DNA of 64,000 nucleotides from Myxococcota bacterium (GCA_023150835.1 JAKLKB010000003.1:46607-110606), one strand, 5' to 3'; shown: positions 40,833 to 51,432, numbered from the stretch's first letter. Notes: generated by a model from the sequence alone, not told the origin. A program made the numbers and translations.

Positions 40833-41004
40833 CGGCCTGTTCGCAACTCACGAACGCCCACGCAGACCACTCATCAAAAAAATGCTCTTCTCTTTTAACT
40901 GATCACTCTTTACAAAACAACCCACACGAAGCCTCTTGCACAATTCCCTTCCGATCGTGCAAATCTTTTCGACACAAAGCCCGATCCATACGAAGAGAGC
41001 GCAG

Positions 41005-42180
41005 ATGCCCACAAAAACGCCCCCCATCACTTTGCTGTGGCCAAACAAGCCATCGCTTCTTCCCCCAAACGATCCGCCCGCGCCACAACGCCTCGGAACC
41101 TTTGCGGTCCCCTCTGAGCCTTCGGATGCTGCTCTTCACGTCCCGCCGAATGCTCTCTATCACGGCGACAACCTTCTTGCGCTGCAACATCTGCGTTGCT
41201 CTTGCGCGCAAAAGATCGATCTGATCTACCTCGATCCTCCTTTTGCAACAGGTCGTATCTTTCGCACTCGCCAAACCCCAAGCAACGCTCCAACAACTGC
41301 TTACCGCGATACATGGAGCGATAAAGCACAATTCCTTTCGATGCTTTACCCTCGAATCTACTGTATGACAGAACTTCTTTCTCCAAAAGGCGTTCTAATT
41401 ATCCACACAGATACTCGATTTTCTTCTTATGTTGCAACGCTTCTTTTTGAGATCATGGGCGAAGAATCCTTACAAAACGAGATCATCTGGTCTTATGGAG
41501 GACGGGGAGCCAAAGCCCACGCCGGGCAATTCCCCCGCAACCACGACACCTTACTGGTCTTTTCCAAAGGCACACCCACTTATCACCGACAAGACCGCAT
41601 CCTTCGCCATCCCAAAACACAACTCCCCAAGCATATCCTGATCGATGAACTGGGCCGCCCTTTCAAAACCAGCCCACGCGGCGATTACACCGATCAAAGC
41701 ATCGATCGGCTGGCTTTAGAAGGCCGCATTTACTACACGCGCAATCGGCAGATCCGTATCAAGTATTTCCTCGAACACGACAAACACCATGTCCTCGAAC
41801 CCAAGCAGATCGGCGATGTCTGGGATGATATCCCCGATATGATGCACTGCCCCCGCACAGAACGCTCGGGCTATCCGACCCAAAAACCGCTGGCCTTGCT
41901 CGAACGCCTGTTGCGTGCGTGGAGCAACGAAGGCGACACCATCGCGGATCTGTTCTGTGGTTCAGGCACGACCCTTCTCGCAGCGCAGCGGCTCAAACGC
42001 CGATGGATCGGCGCAGATCAAAGCGATATCGCCATCCAAACCACGCAACATCGTCTTCTTCAAACGCCCAATTGCCCAACCTTCCATCTCTACCGCTTGA
42101 ACGAAGCTGCCCCCTCACCTGAACAGCCCTCGCCCGATCCGCCCGTCCCTCCGCCGACTTCTGCACGGCGCAAGCGCTAA
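41005..42180 (+). CDS. Beta-class N4-cytosine/N6-adenine DNA methyltransferase (N6_N4_Mtase family), orphan
   Basis: Motif IV LIYLDPPFATG (a DPPY variant) precedes motif I ADLFCGSGTTLLAAQ, giving the beta order. No restriction endonuclease candidate is adjacent. Confidence 0.8.
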   Translation: MPTKTPPITLLWPNKPSLLPPNDPPAPQRLGTFAVPSEPSDAALHVPPNALYHGDNLLALQHLRCSCAQKIDLIYLDPPFATGRIFRTRQTPSNAPTTAYRDTWSDKAQFLSMLYPRIYCMTELLSPKGVLIIHTDTRFSSYVATLLFEIMGEESLQNEIIWSYGGRGAKAHAGQFPRNHDTLLVFSKGTPTYHRQDRILRHPKTQLPKHILIDELGRPFKTSPRGDYTDQSIDRLALEGRIYYTRNRQIRIKYFLEHDKHHVLEPKQIGDVWDDIPDMMHCPRTERSGYPTQKPLALLERLLRAWSNEGDTIADLFCGSGTTLLAAQRLKRRWIGADQSDIAIQTTQHRLLQTPNCPTFHLYRLNEAAPSPEQPSPDPPVPPPTSARRKR

Positions 42181-42343
42181 ACATCCGCTGCCCGCCAAAC
42201 CCCCTTGCAACACAGACACACCTCCTGCGTCCAAGAAGTTGTCTGAACCAAGGTATTGTGCTACCTATCCCAAGACAGCGATGCGTAGGACATCTTGGGC
42301 GTTCTACCTTGCATCGCATGGATGTTTGTGAAGGGATCAACCG

Positions 42344-43288
42344 ATGTGCCGATTGTTTGGATTCCGCTCCGTGATCGAAAGCCAAGTTCACCACAGTCTT
42401 CTTCATGCCGAAAATGCGCTGATGCGACAAAGTGAACGCCATCCCGATGGATGGGGCGTAGGGTACTACGTCGCGGGTGCGCCCCACATCATCAAGTCCT
42501 CCGAAGCCGCGATCACCGATATCCTTTTTCGCCGTGTATCGGGCATCGTCTCTTCGGAAACCGTCATCGCCCACATCCGCAAAGCCACCCAAGGGCAGCT
42601 CACCATCCTCAACACGCACCCTTTTCAATACGGAAACTGGGTCTTTGCACACAACGGAAATATCGCGGAGTTTGGAGGCCGACGCGAGACGCTCAAAAAG
42701 CGCATCGCCCCAAGGCTACAACGCTTTATCCTCGGTGACACCGACAGCGAAGTCCTCTTTTATCTGCTGCTCACCCATATCGCCCAACGTGCCGAACTCC
42801 ACCGCCCCGGCTGCGATATCGACGCCGTCGCTGAAGCCGCTCGCGATACCGTCGACGAGATCACTTCGATCACAGGGCCGTTCTACCACCAAAACGACGG
42901 CCCCCCTCACGAAACCTATCTGACTTTTTTGCTCACCAACGGCTCCACCATGCTCGCTCATCATGGCGGAAAAGACCTCTACTACAGCACTTACAAGACG
43001 CTCTGCTCCCAACGCGACCTCTGCCCAAGCTTCTCTCAAGAATGCGAGCAAAAAACACAAACAGGCTTCGTCAACCATCTGATCTTTTCGAGTGAACCCC
43101 TCCAAGGAGAAAATATCTGGCTGCCCATGATCCCCGGCCAGATGGTCGGTGTCGACTGGCGGATGCGCTTGCGACTTTATCCGTCTCAAATCCCTCAACA
43201 TCACCAAGAGACCGAATCCATCACGGAAAATCAAAACTCTTCCACACACTCTCTCACCCATTCTTCCCAACGCATCGCCCACACCTAG
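42344..43288 (+). CDS. Class II glutamine amidotransferase-like Ntn hydrolase (YafJ/EgtC-like)
   Basis: It starts MCRLFGF, which places the nucleophilic Cys2 in the typical context. HPDGWGVGYY and HIRKAT...NTHPF blocks fit the GATase-II fold. Confidence 0.65.
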   Translation: MCRLFGFRSVIESQVHHSLLHAENALMRQSERHPDGWGVGYYVAGAPHIIKSSEAAITDILFRRVSGIVSSETVIAHIRKATQGQLTILNTHPFQYGNWVFAHNGNIAEFGGRRETLKKRIAPRLQRFILGDTDSEVLFYLLLTHIAQRAELHRPGCDIDAVAEAARDTVDEITSITGPFYHQNDGPPHETYLTFLLTNGSTMLAHHGGKDLYYSTYKTLCSQRDLCPSFSQECEQKTQTGFVNHLIFSSEPLQGENIWLPMIPGQMVGVDWRMRLRLYPSQIPQHHQETESITENQNSSTHSLTHSSQRIAHT

Positions 43289-43303
43289 CCCGACGATCTC
43301 ACT

Positions 43304-44632
43304 GTGTCCAAGGCATCCTTTTCGGAGAACCCCACCATGCACGCTTCGGCGACCTCTCCTGCGTCTCCTCACAAACGTATCTTGTTTCTTGCTTTTGTGA
43401 CCATCTTTCTTGATCTGCTCGGCTTCGGCATCCTTATTCCGATCCAGCCTTTTTATGCAGAAGCCTTTGGGGCGCGGCCTTTTACGGTGACGATGCTTGG
43501 CGCGTCCTACTCAGCGATGCAATTTCTCTTTGCTCCGCTTTGGGGCCGCCTCTCTGATCGCATCGGAAGAAGACCTGTGATTTTAACGAGTATTGTGATC
43601 AACATCGTCGGTTATCTCTTGTTTGGCTTGGCAGGGAGTCTCTGGATGTTGTTTGCCGCGAGGATGCTTTCGGGCTTTGGCAGCGCCAACATCGGAGCCA
43701 TCCAAGCCGTGATCGCAGACAGTACCTCTCCTTCTGAACGCGCCAAAGGCATGGGCATCATCGGCGCGGCATTTGGTTTGGGCTTCATTTTTGGCCCTGC
43801 CATCGGTGGGATCATGGGGCAGATCAGCCCCAGCGCACCCGCTTTTTTCGCTTGCGGCATCGGCCTCTTTAACTTCTTTCTCGCTCTCCGCTTTTTGCCT
43901 GAAACACGCACTCCCCAGATATCGCCAAGCCCGATCTCACCGAACACACGGCGCTTTTCGCTCGTTCGGTGGGCTGCTTCCATCCAGTTGCCCAACGTCT
44001 TTTGGCTTTTTGCGCTGTACTTTACGATCACAACGGCCTTTTCGATGATGGAACAAGTCTTGGGACTCTACATCGACCGCATCTGGCTAACAGGCGAGCC
44101 ATTTGCTCACCCAAACGACCGAATCAAACGCGCAGCCGCACTGACTAGCTCTGTGCTGATCGTCGTCGGCGTCGTCGCAACCATCGTCCAAGGCGGGCTG
44201 ATCGGGCGATTGTCACGGCGCTTTGGAGAGCGTCGATTGCTGCTTGCAGGAACAACGATCAACACCTTCGCATTTGTCGGACTAATCGCCGTCGGCTCCT
44301 CCAAGATCTTTGCTCTGATGATGCTATGCGGTGCTTGTATCGCCCTTGCCAGCGGACTCAACAACCCTTCGCTTGGCAGCCTGCTTTCACAAAGCGCCCC
44401 CCAAGGGCAACAAGGCGCACTCCTCGGACAAGGCCAAGCCCTCTCCGCCCTTGGCCGTGTCCTTGGACCCGCTCTTGCCGGCCTTTTCTTTGAATGGCAG
44501 ATCAACCTGCCCTTTGCCCTCAGCGCTTGTATGATGCTCGTTTGTATCTTCTTTGCCGCTCGCCTCCATCTTCCCGACGTACCCTCGAAACCGCTTCACG
44601 AACATCCCCATCCCACCGCCCACTCAAGCTGA
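43304..44632 (+). CDS. MFS transporter (drug:H+ antiporter-like)
   Basis: 12 predicted TM helices. The GRLSDRIGRRPVIL motif lies between TM2 and TM3. Confidence 0.8.
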   Translation: MSKASFSENPTMHASATSPASPHKRILFLAFVTIFLDLLGFGILIPIQPFYAEAFGARPFTVTMLGASYSAMQFLFAPLWGRLSDRIGRRPVILTSIVINIVGYLLFGLAGSLWMLFAARMLSGFGSANIGAIQAVIADSTSPSERAKGMGIIGAAFGLGFIFGPAIGGIMGQISPSAPAFFACGIGLFNFFLALRFLPETRTPQISPSPISPNTRRFSLVRWAASIQLPNVFWLFALYFTITTAFSMMEQVLGLYIDRIWLTGEPFAHPNDRIKRAAALTSSVLIVVGVVATIVQGGLIGRLSRRFGERRLLLAGTTINTFAFVGLIAVGSSKIFALMMLCGACIALASGLNNPSLGSLLSQSAPQGQQGALLGQGQALSALGRVLGPALAGLFFEWQINLPFALSACMMLVCIFFAARLHLPDVPSKPLHEHPHPTAHSS

Positions 44633-44705
44633 TCCACCGCCCACTCAGCCCTATACACCGCCCACTCAGCCCTATACACCGCCCACTCAGCCCTATACAC
44701 CGCCC
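44630..44705 (+). repeat. 23-bp tandem repeat x3.3 (caccgcccactcagccctataca) at the 3' end of the MFS gene
   Basis: Seen directly. Confidence 0.85.
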
Positions 44706-44711
44706 CATCCA

Positions 44712-46529
44712 TCAACGCACGCCATACACCGCCAAACGATGCCGCCCGTCCTCTACCCCGCGCAGGATCACATACAGATCACTCGCCATCCCCCAAGGCG
44801 TATACACCGATAGATCCACCGACGCTTTCTCTTGCTGGATCTTCCCACGCAAGAAATCGATCAACTGCCAGCGCACCTCCTTCACTTCGCCTGTACGCAA
44901 AGCATCCAACGCCAAGATCTCGATACGTCGATTGTTTTGTGGATACTGTCGAGAGGGCAGTTCGAGGAAAGGTATCCCCGACCAAAACAACGGCTTCGGC
45001 AACGGCGCATAAAACGCCGTGTACTCCATCTTTTGCCCATCATCCGCAACATACGAAAACCCTGCATCATAACACTGCAAAAACTCTGTCATCCTGCCCA
45101 TCACCGCAGGAACAAGCGCCTCTCCAACCTCGCGCAGTCGTCCGCCTTGTGGGTCAGGAAAAAACGTCCACAAACGTTGCTTTGCCCCCGAAGGCGTCAC
45201 TTGATCGCGCAACACAAAGAACGGCGGAGCGGGAGCATGACCACCTCTGCCCGACGGATGACACCCTTCGACCGATGAAAAACGCTGCAACGCTCCTTGA
45301 GGGCGCCACACCATCCGCGCCCCCTCGGCCTGCCATGCCCCCAACTCTCCGTTTTGTGCCAACGCCCACATCCGCCCGTGCGTTGCTCCCAGCCATTGGC
45401 CCACCGCAGGCACCGAAGGCAGCGGCATCTGCTGATGCTTCCCGAGCCGCGCCAAGATCCGCACCATCTCCTTTTGCAACAAAACCCAGAAAACATCTTC
45501 TCCTGCATCATACCAACACGGCAAAGAAAAAAGGTTTTTTTCTGGCACATCGATACGAAGGATCGAACGACCGATCTCACGAGTACTTCGCAGATGAACG
45601 AACCAATATCGCGCCCCTGCCGCATCGGTTTGTGATTCTGCCAACACCAGATGCTCTTTGCCAAAACACAGATGCCCTTGCAACCAAGCACGCTCGGGCA
45701 GATCCGCTTGCGACAACACGCGCCGCTGCTCCACATCCCACACCATCGCTTGGTGACGTTTGTCTGGGCCAAGAAAGATCACCACATCATACAAGGCTTC
45801 TTGTGCAGCCGCCGGCGAAACATGATAAAAAACAGGCTGTATATTTGCTTGTGTCGGTACTGAAAAAGTAGCTCGAAGGCTATCATAGAAAACCGTCAAA
45901 TGAGGTGTCGGCTCAGAAGAAAGGCTCGTCGAAAAGTACAAAAAGCCTCTCCTCCCTAAAAAAGGAGACGACGTCGTAGGCACCCATACGCGCCCTTTTG
46001 GAGCCACCCACTCATTCTCGCCGTCAAAGTGCGTCAACCACGCCATCCGAGCGATCTCCCCTTGCGCGCCCCCTGCCTTGCGATACTCCAACAACAGCGG
46101 GAAACCCACGCTCGGGATGATCTCCAACACACCGCCCTCTTTCGAGACCAACGCCCGCCTTCGGCACGTCTCCAAATCCACAAGATGAAACGTGCTTTGC
46201 TCCCGCAAGATCAACAACTTTCCATAAGTCGCAACCGCCGCCTCCCCCGAAGCCACTTCGACAAAACAACGAAAACACGCCACTTCTTGATTGCACGTCC
46301 CGCCCTCTTCAGAAGGTTCAGCCTCTTGAGCTACTTCGCTTTGGGCCTCGGTGGACTCGATGCTCCCGCCATCTTCGACTTGACGCTCACCACCCGCAAC
46401 ACCTTCTTTGACCGTTCCATCGCCCACAGGAAGGGAGATATCGTACTCACAGCCTATCGCCCCAAACACCACGACTCCGATCAGCAACGCCACCCAGCCA
46501 CAGACCCGCAGGCCCTTCAAACACCACAT
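44712..46529 (-). CDS. Hypothetical lipoprotein (605 aa)
   Basis: Signal peptide with an AIGC lipobox. RBS GAAAGGAAGG. No recognisable domain. Confidence 0.55.
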   Translation of the reverse strand: MWCLKGLRVCGWVALLIGVVVFGAIGCEYDISLPVGDGTVKEGVAGGERQVEDGGSIESTEAQSEVAQEAEPSEEGGTCNQEVACFRCFVEVASGEAAVATYGKLLILREQSTFHLVDLETCRRRALVSKEGGVLEIIPSVGFPLLLEYRKAGGAQGEIARMAWLTHFDGENEWVAPKGRVWVPTTSSPFLGRRGFLYFSTSLSSEPTPHLTVFYDSLRATFSVPTQANIQPVFYHVSPAAAQEALYDVVIFLGPDKRHQAMVWDVEQRRVLSQADLPERAWLQGHLCFGKEHLVLAESQTDAAGARYWFVHLRSTREIGRSILRIDVPEKNLFSLPCWYDAGEDVFWVLLQKEMVRILARLGKHQQMPLPSVPAVGQWLGATHGRMWALAQNGELGAWQAEGARMVWRPQGALQRFSSVEGCHPSGRGGHAPAPPFFVLRDQVTPSGAKQRLWTFFPDPQGGRLREVGEALVPAVMGRMTEFLQCYDAGFSYVADDGQKMEYTAFYAPLPKPLFWSGIPFLELPSRQYPQNNRRIEILALDALRTGEVKEVRWQLIDFLRGKIQQEKASVDLSVYTPWGMASDLYVILRGVEDGRHRLAVYGVR

Positions 46530-46583
46530 CTCTCAACCTTCCTTTCACAACCCTTCCAGTCCTTCGGTCATCCATTCCTTCGG

Positions 46584-46650
46584 TTTTGTGGGGCGTTGCC
46601 CCCTACGGAACCCCACTCTCTTGACCCCGCGTAGGCGAACCAAACCATGC
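46584..46650 (+). repeat. Structured repeat family 1, partial copy F (5' half)
   Basis: ggttttgtggggcgttgccccctacgg...ctcttgaccccgcgtaggcgaaccaaacc. It lies 177 nt upstream of the TPR gene. Confidence 0.6.
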
Positions 46651-46826
46651 CCCTACAAGACTCCTGTCGGTTGTCTGCGATCTCCTTCTTGTTCTTCATC
46701 TGCCGACACCACGCAGCCAAAACACCGCCGAATCCGACAGAAGTGGGGCTTGGTCTTGTCAAAGCCTGTCCTCGAAACTATGCTTGCGGGCGGACTCTTT
46801 TGGTAGGGCAAAGGAGAAACGATCAC

Positions 46827-47792
46827 GTGGCAGAATACATCTCGATCCACAAAGAAGACCCCGATGAAGCAAGACTTTATGAACTAATCCCGATGATCCA
46901 GTACGCGATTGAACGAGGGGCCTTGTGTCAAGCGTGGTGGGAACTTCGCCGAGTCCTCGAAACAGCCCCCATGAGCAAAACGGGGCTGTTGTTGCTCGAT
47001 CGGCTGCTTGCCGAGATCGGCGGAGACTCCGAAGGGATCTTTCGCCTGTGCGGAAAAAAACACACACAAATCGACGTTGCGCTTCACGCTTATGCGCTCG
47101 GTGCAGCCGGCCAATACAACAAAGCGCTGTATTTATTATGCGAATTAGCCCGACTCGACCCAACGCGCCCCTTGCTTGCGTGGGCATGGCGTTGGCTTCC
47201 TCCTCAACCCACCCTCCAACCCGAAACGCTCTATCCTCCGCTCTATCACGCCATCCAAATATGCCGCGCCCAAGAAGCCGATGCTTCGGCCTTTTGGCTC
47301 CAACTGCTCGCGCTTAGCAAACTCATCCACCAATCCGATCCAACCGCGCTTTTGTGGCTCTACCTTCGCGCAGAGGCCGCACGCGAGATCGGCGATCTGC
47401 TACTGGCCCAAACTCTGGCCTTAGAACTCCGCAGCTACGGATGGACGGCTGAAAGCTTTGTCCTCCAAGCCCGCAACTGCGAAGCCGAAGCCCACCTCGA
47501 AGAAGCCACCCAACACTACCAAGCCGCACTCCGCTCTCACCTCCATCACCCCGATATCTACGCAGAGATCATCGCCTATCTTCTCCAACGCGATCGGTGG
47601 GAGGAAGCTCAACAACATCTCCGCCAGCTTTTGCACGAACACCCCTATCATCCGCACGCATTGGCTTTGTTCTTCTGGGCTTCTTATCGCCAAACCCCCA
47701 GCGGGGAGTGGTCGCAAAAGCTGACTTGCCTCGCTCGCGCCTACCCCCACGATCCGGCCATCCAACACATTCAAGATCACCTTCTCACCTAA
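46827..47792 (+). CDS. TPR-like helical repeat protein
   Basis: A GTG start is preferred because it has an AAAGGAGAAA RBS. The ATG at 46647 would overlap repeat copy F. The protein consists of Leu/Ala/Trp-rich helix pairs. Confidence 0.5.
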   Translation: MAEYISIHKEDPDEARLYELIPMIQYAIERGALCQAWWELRRVLETAPMSKTGLLLLDRLLAEIGGDSEGIFRLCGKKHTQIDVALHAYALGAAGQYNKALYLLCELARLDPTRPLLAWAWRWLPPQPTLQPETLYPPLYHAIQICRAQEADASAFWLQLLALSKLIHQSDPTALLWLYLRAEAAREIGDLLLAQTLALELRSYGWTAESFVLQARNCEAEAHLEEATQHYQAALRSHLHHPDIYAEIIAYLLQRDRWEEAQQHLRQLLHEHPYHPHALALFFWASYRQTPSGEWSQKLTCLARAYPHDPAIQHIQDHLLT

Positions 47793-47935
47793 ACCCAAAC
47801 TCCCATCCAACAAGGATTTGCGTACTTCCACCCTGACCTTGTCGCGTTGCGACAGTTTTTCGTGTTAGCATCCGCCCCTGTTTGTTCGACCTCCAACACT
47901 TCGCCTCCCCCCTCCAACAACACAAGGAGTCCACG

Positions 47936-48775
47936 ATGCCAGAGTTCGCAGAAGTCAATCTCCAAGTCCGCTACTTGCGAGAGCGTTGCACAGGATGGCC
48001 GATCGCCAGCATCGGCTACGAAGGTTGGTCTCACTTTCAAAATCTCCCCGAAGAAGGCCGAGAAGCCGCCATCCAAGAATTTTTCCACAACAATACCCTC
48101 GAAGCCATCACACAAAAAGGAAAACACGTCGTCATGCGCACCACCAAAGGCACGATGCTCTCCCACCTGATGTTCAAAGGGCGGTGGAGCGTCGCAGGCG
48201 ATGACTTCCTTTCCAACTACAAACAACACAAAAAACCACCGACAGAAAAAAGCAATAATTTCTGGCTGATCAACCCCGATGGAAAACGCCTCAACTTCCA
48301 TGAACCCGAATACAAGGGCAAGATCACCCTCTTTCCCAAACAGTCCCCCGGCCAAGTCGAAACCCTCGAAAAACTTGGCCCCGACATCCTCATCCTCCCC
48401 GAAACCGACCCCGATCTGCGCCAAGAATGGACTGTCGACGGATTTCTCAAAGCGCTCAAACGCTCCAAACAGCCGATCAAAGTCTTCTTGCTCGATCAAA
48501 AACGCCAAGCTGGACTCGGCAATATGTATGTCTGCGAAGCTCTCTACAGCGCAGGCATCGCTCCCCAACGACCCGCCCAAAGCCTCTCCGATCCAGAGGC
48601 CAAACGCCTCCATCAAGCCGCCCGCGACATCCTACAAGCCGCTCTCGACACCGACCTCGATTACGACAAGATCCTCAACGTCTACCGCAAAGAAGCCGAT
48701 CCCGAAGGCCACCCCGTCGAAGAATCCGATGTCGGCGGACGCGACACCTTTTGGGTTCCCACCAAACAAAGCTAA
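47936..48775 (+). CDS. Fpg/Nei family DNA glycosylase lacking the C-terminal zinc finger (zincless)
   Basis: MPEFAEVN (Pro2, Glu3, Glu6). The H2TH block LLDQKRQAGLGNMYVCEALYSAGIAP matches E. coli Fpg LLDQ..VGVGNIYASESLF.AGIHP. There is no CxxC...CxxC at the C-terminus. RBS AAGGAG. Confidence 0.7.
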   Translation: MPEFAEVNLQVRYLRERCTGWPIASIGYEGWSHFQNLPEEGREAAIQEFFHNNTLEAITQKGKHVVMRTTKGTMLSHLMFKGRWSVAGDDFLSNYKQHKKPPTEKSNNFWLINPDGKRLNFHEPEYKGKITLFPKQSPGQVETLEKLGPDILILPETDPDLRQEWTVDGFLKALKRSKQPIKVFLLDQKRQAGLGNMYVCEALYSAGIAPQRPAQSLSDPEAKRLHQAARDILQAALDTDLDYDKILNVYRKEADPEGHPVEESDVGGRDTFWVPTKQS

Positions 48776-48777
48776 AC

Positions 48778-50040
48778 TCACAACGAGCGCAAAAAGGCCA
48801 ACAAAGCCTCTTGTTCCGTAGAAGAAAGCGCGAAAAATCTATCGCGACTTTTTTGTGCTTCACCGCCGTGTTCGTCGATGGCTTCTTTGAGGGTTTTGGC
48901 GCGCCCATCGTGCAAGTAAAAAGGCTGCCCTCCCATCAAATCTCCGATTACACCCAACCCCCAAAGTGGCGTCGTTCGCCACATATCGCCTGTCGCTTGC
49001 CCCTCGGGGTATCCGTCGGCCAGCTTGGGTCCCATGTCGTGCAATAAGAGATCAGAGTACAGAGGAACCGTCTTTTCACGGAGAGCTTCGATCGCACTCT
49101 TTCCTGTTTTCATGGAAGGGACATGGCATTTTGCACACCCGACTTGCGCAAAAAAACCTTCGCCTTGTTTCACCACGGGATTTTCCGCATCACGCCGAGG
49201 GGGTGGGCGCAAGGTCCGCATATAAAATGTCACCGATCGAACCGTTGCAGCGGATACTTCGGGATCTGGAGCGCTGTCTCCCGAAGGTCCACCGACAAGA
49301 GGATTATGCAGATCTTTCATCAAAAAGTCGGAGGTGATCCCCATATCGTTGAGATAGGCTTCGGCTACCTGTTGCAACAAATTGATCGCCGCCGCTTTTC
49401 GCCCAAAGCGCCCCATGATCTTGCCGTCCTTTGGCGTGTGTTCGATCACAGGCTCGAAGAAACTCGGCGGAGTGACGTAGTTGGGCCGCCCTCGGATCCC
49501 ATCGCCGTCTTTGTCGTCTGGATCGGCGTATCGGAGGATCTCGGATTCGGGGATCGCCTCGATCAAACCCAGCCCTGTCACGATGGGAGCGCTGCGCACA
49601 GAACGCGCTAAACCTTCCAGATTCGGTAGCTTTTCAGCTTGGTAGCCAAGGACCGCTCGGTGCTGGAGTTGAGGCCCCCCAAGGTGCAGCAAGTAATCAA
49701 AACGCGCAGCATCCGTCGGATCGCCCACCCCAAAGCGCGTCAGGTTGGTCGACGGATGCCCCTTGCCATCGGCGGTATGACAAGCGATACACGACGCTTC
49801 CACAAAGATCGGCCCCAAGCCCGTTGCAGGTGTAAAGACACGTGCGAATTCTTCGTCTCCTGCCTTAAACGTCTGCAACTGTGCGTGAGAAAGCCCCTCG
49901 ATCGGCCCATCCAGCACCGTTTCTCGTCGCGGCTCTTCTGTGAACAACACGCCGCAACCGCTCCCACACACCATCCAAACACTCCACAAACACAAAAGCC
50001 GAAACATCCAAGACATCGTATAAGTCCTATCTCTTTGCAA
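48778..50040 (-). CDS. Di-heme c-type oxidoreductase (DUF1111 / putative thiol oxidoreductase-peroxidase) lipoprotein
   Basis: Two CxxCH motifs (CIACH, CAKCH). A VCGSGC lipobox. Size and spacing are typical of the DUF1111 di-haem family. Confidence 0.65.
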   Translation of the reverse strand: MQRDRTYTMSWMFRLLCLWSVWMVCGSGCGVLFTEEPRRETVLDGPIEGLSHAQLQTFKAGDEEFARVFTPATGLGPIFVEASCIACHTADGKGHPSTNLTRFGVGDPTDAARFDYLLHLGGPQLQHRAVLGYQAEKLPNLEGLARSVRSAPIVTGLGLIEAIPESEILRYADPDDKDGDGIRGRPNYVTPPSFFEPVIEHTPKDGKIMGRFGRKAAAINLLQQVAEAYLNDMGITSDFLMKDLHNPLVGGPSGDSAPDPEVSAATVRSVTFYMRTLRPPPRRDAENPVVKQGEGFFAQVGCAKCHVPSMKTGKSAIEALREKTVPLYSDLLLHDMGPKLADGYPEGQATGDMWRTTPLWGLGVIGDLMGGQPFYLHDGRAKTLKEAIDEHGGEAQKSRDRFFALSSTEQEALLAFLRSL

Positions 50041-50058
50041 GAAACTTTTCGATTTGCC

Positions 50059-51432
50059 TCAAAAGTAGGTCGCCACGCCAAACTGTACCCCCGCACGACG
50101 CGCCACATTCCCCAAACGATCTGTGAGCCAACTGTGTTGGTACTCCACACGCAAAGAAGTCCCTTCGTAGGGGCGAAACGACAGAGCCAACGTCAAGCGC
50201 AACGTCTCGTCGCCGATATCCTGCCCCGTTGACGCAAAACGCCCGACGTGCAGATCGACGTAATCAACGCGCCCCACAAGACGAAACGCAGCCTCTCGTA
50301 AAAATCCAAGACGCCCCTTCCAAAATTCCCAGATCACATCCGCATAAATCCCCCACTGCGTATCCGCAAACAGCTCCACCAAACCATCCGGGATATCGAT
50401 CCAAGCGACCGCTGCTTCGGTGCGGATCGTGACCGGCCCAAAAGATATCTCCGCATCCACCGCAAAGATCTTGAGCCACAACGCTCGATCGATCTCTTCG
50501 GCTCCGTCCCGATAACGGTTGAAGATCCCCACATACCCCGAAAACCCGACCTCAAGCCCCAAAGGTCCTGCATACGCGATCCGACCCGTCAATGCAGGAG
50601 ATCCGTTTTCATTGGCCGCAAAGATCGCCGACGATTTGCCTCGTGCGATCCGCGTCCCTTCGGCAGAATCGTTGATGATCCCGCTGCGCAACCCGTTCAC
50701 TACGTAGAGTTCGTAATACAACTTGTGCCCAAGCGCAGGAAAAAAACTACCCGTCACACCAAAGCCGACATCCGAGTACGTCGACGGGATCACCCATGTC
50801 GAGACCAATGGCCGATCGATCACATCATAACGCGGCCCATCGTGGGCGATATTGAAACGCCCGATAGGAGGCAGCAAGATGCCCCCTCGCAACACAAACG
50901 CCCGATGGAAGCGAAAATCCACCAGCGCCGTCTCCAACGCGATGCTCGAAGTTCCCTGCTCGAATTCCAACTCCGCCGTCAAACGTACAAAACTCCCAAG
51001 AGACGAAAAAACAAACAGATTAAAGCGCCGCGCCTCAAACGAAAAGCCATCCGTCAACCCTTCTTGAAGGATGTATCGACCCAAAAACTCGGTATACCCG
51101 CCCAAGGCGATCGACATCCCACCAAGCGCCTCCGAAGTCCCCAGCCTACCGATATAAGGGCGATCATAAATTCCACCCCGAACCACGGGTGTCTCGGACG
51201 TTGTTGGTTTTTTCCCGAAGTTCCCTTCATATTGAAAGCTCGGAGCCTTTGGTGTATCCGCTTTTTGAGAAGATGTCGGAAGGCTACTTGGCCTTGAAGT
51301 CGGCGGCCCATACGCGGCGTGCTCCTGAGCACGTGCAAGATCAAGCCCTGCCCAAAACACAACCCACGCACCCAGCAGCCCAAAGCACCGACGCCACCAA
51401 ATCCCCAAAAACACACAACCGCCCAGCTTCAA
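50059..51432 (-). CDS. Outer-membrane beta-barrel (porin-like) protein
   Basis: Signal peptide, an alternating amphipathic beta-strand pattern and a C-terminal aromatic residue (…GVATYF). It has a 4-bp overlap with the upstream Rieske gene. Confidence 0.55.
   Translation of the reverse strand: MKLGGCVFLGIWWRRCFGLLGAWVVFWAGLDLARAQEHAAYGPPTSRPSSLPTSSQKADTPKAPSFQYEGNFGKKPTTSETPVVRGGIYDRPYIGRLGTSEALGGMSIALGGYTEFLGRYILQEGLTDGFSFEARRFNLFVFSSLGSFVRLTAELEFEQGTSSIALETALVDFRFHRAFVLRGGILLPPIGRFNIAHDGPRYDVIDRPLVSTWVIPSTYSDVGFGVTGSFFPALGHKLYYELYVVNGLRSGIINDSAEGTRIARGKSSAIFAANENGSPALTGRIAYAGPLGLEVGFSGYVGIFNRYRDGAEEIDRALWLKIFAVDAEISFGPVTIRTEAAVAWIDIPDGLVELFADTQWGIYADVIWEFWKGRLGFLREAAFRLVGRVDYVDLHVGRFASTGQDIGDETLRLTLALSFRPYEGTSLRVEYQHSWLTDRLGNVARRAGVQFGVATYF

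Noticed and set aside
44630-44705. 23-bp x3 tandem repeat as a CRISPR or binding-site array
   Set aside because: The units are contiguous with no spacers. It lies at the extreme 3' end of the MFS gene and is probably a slippage-generated minisatellite.
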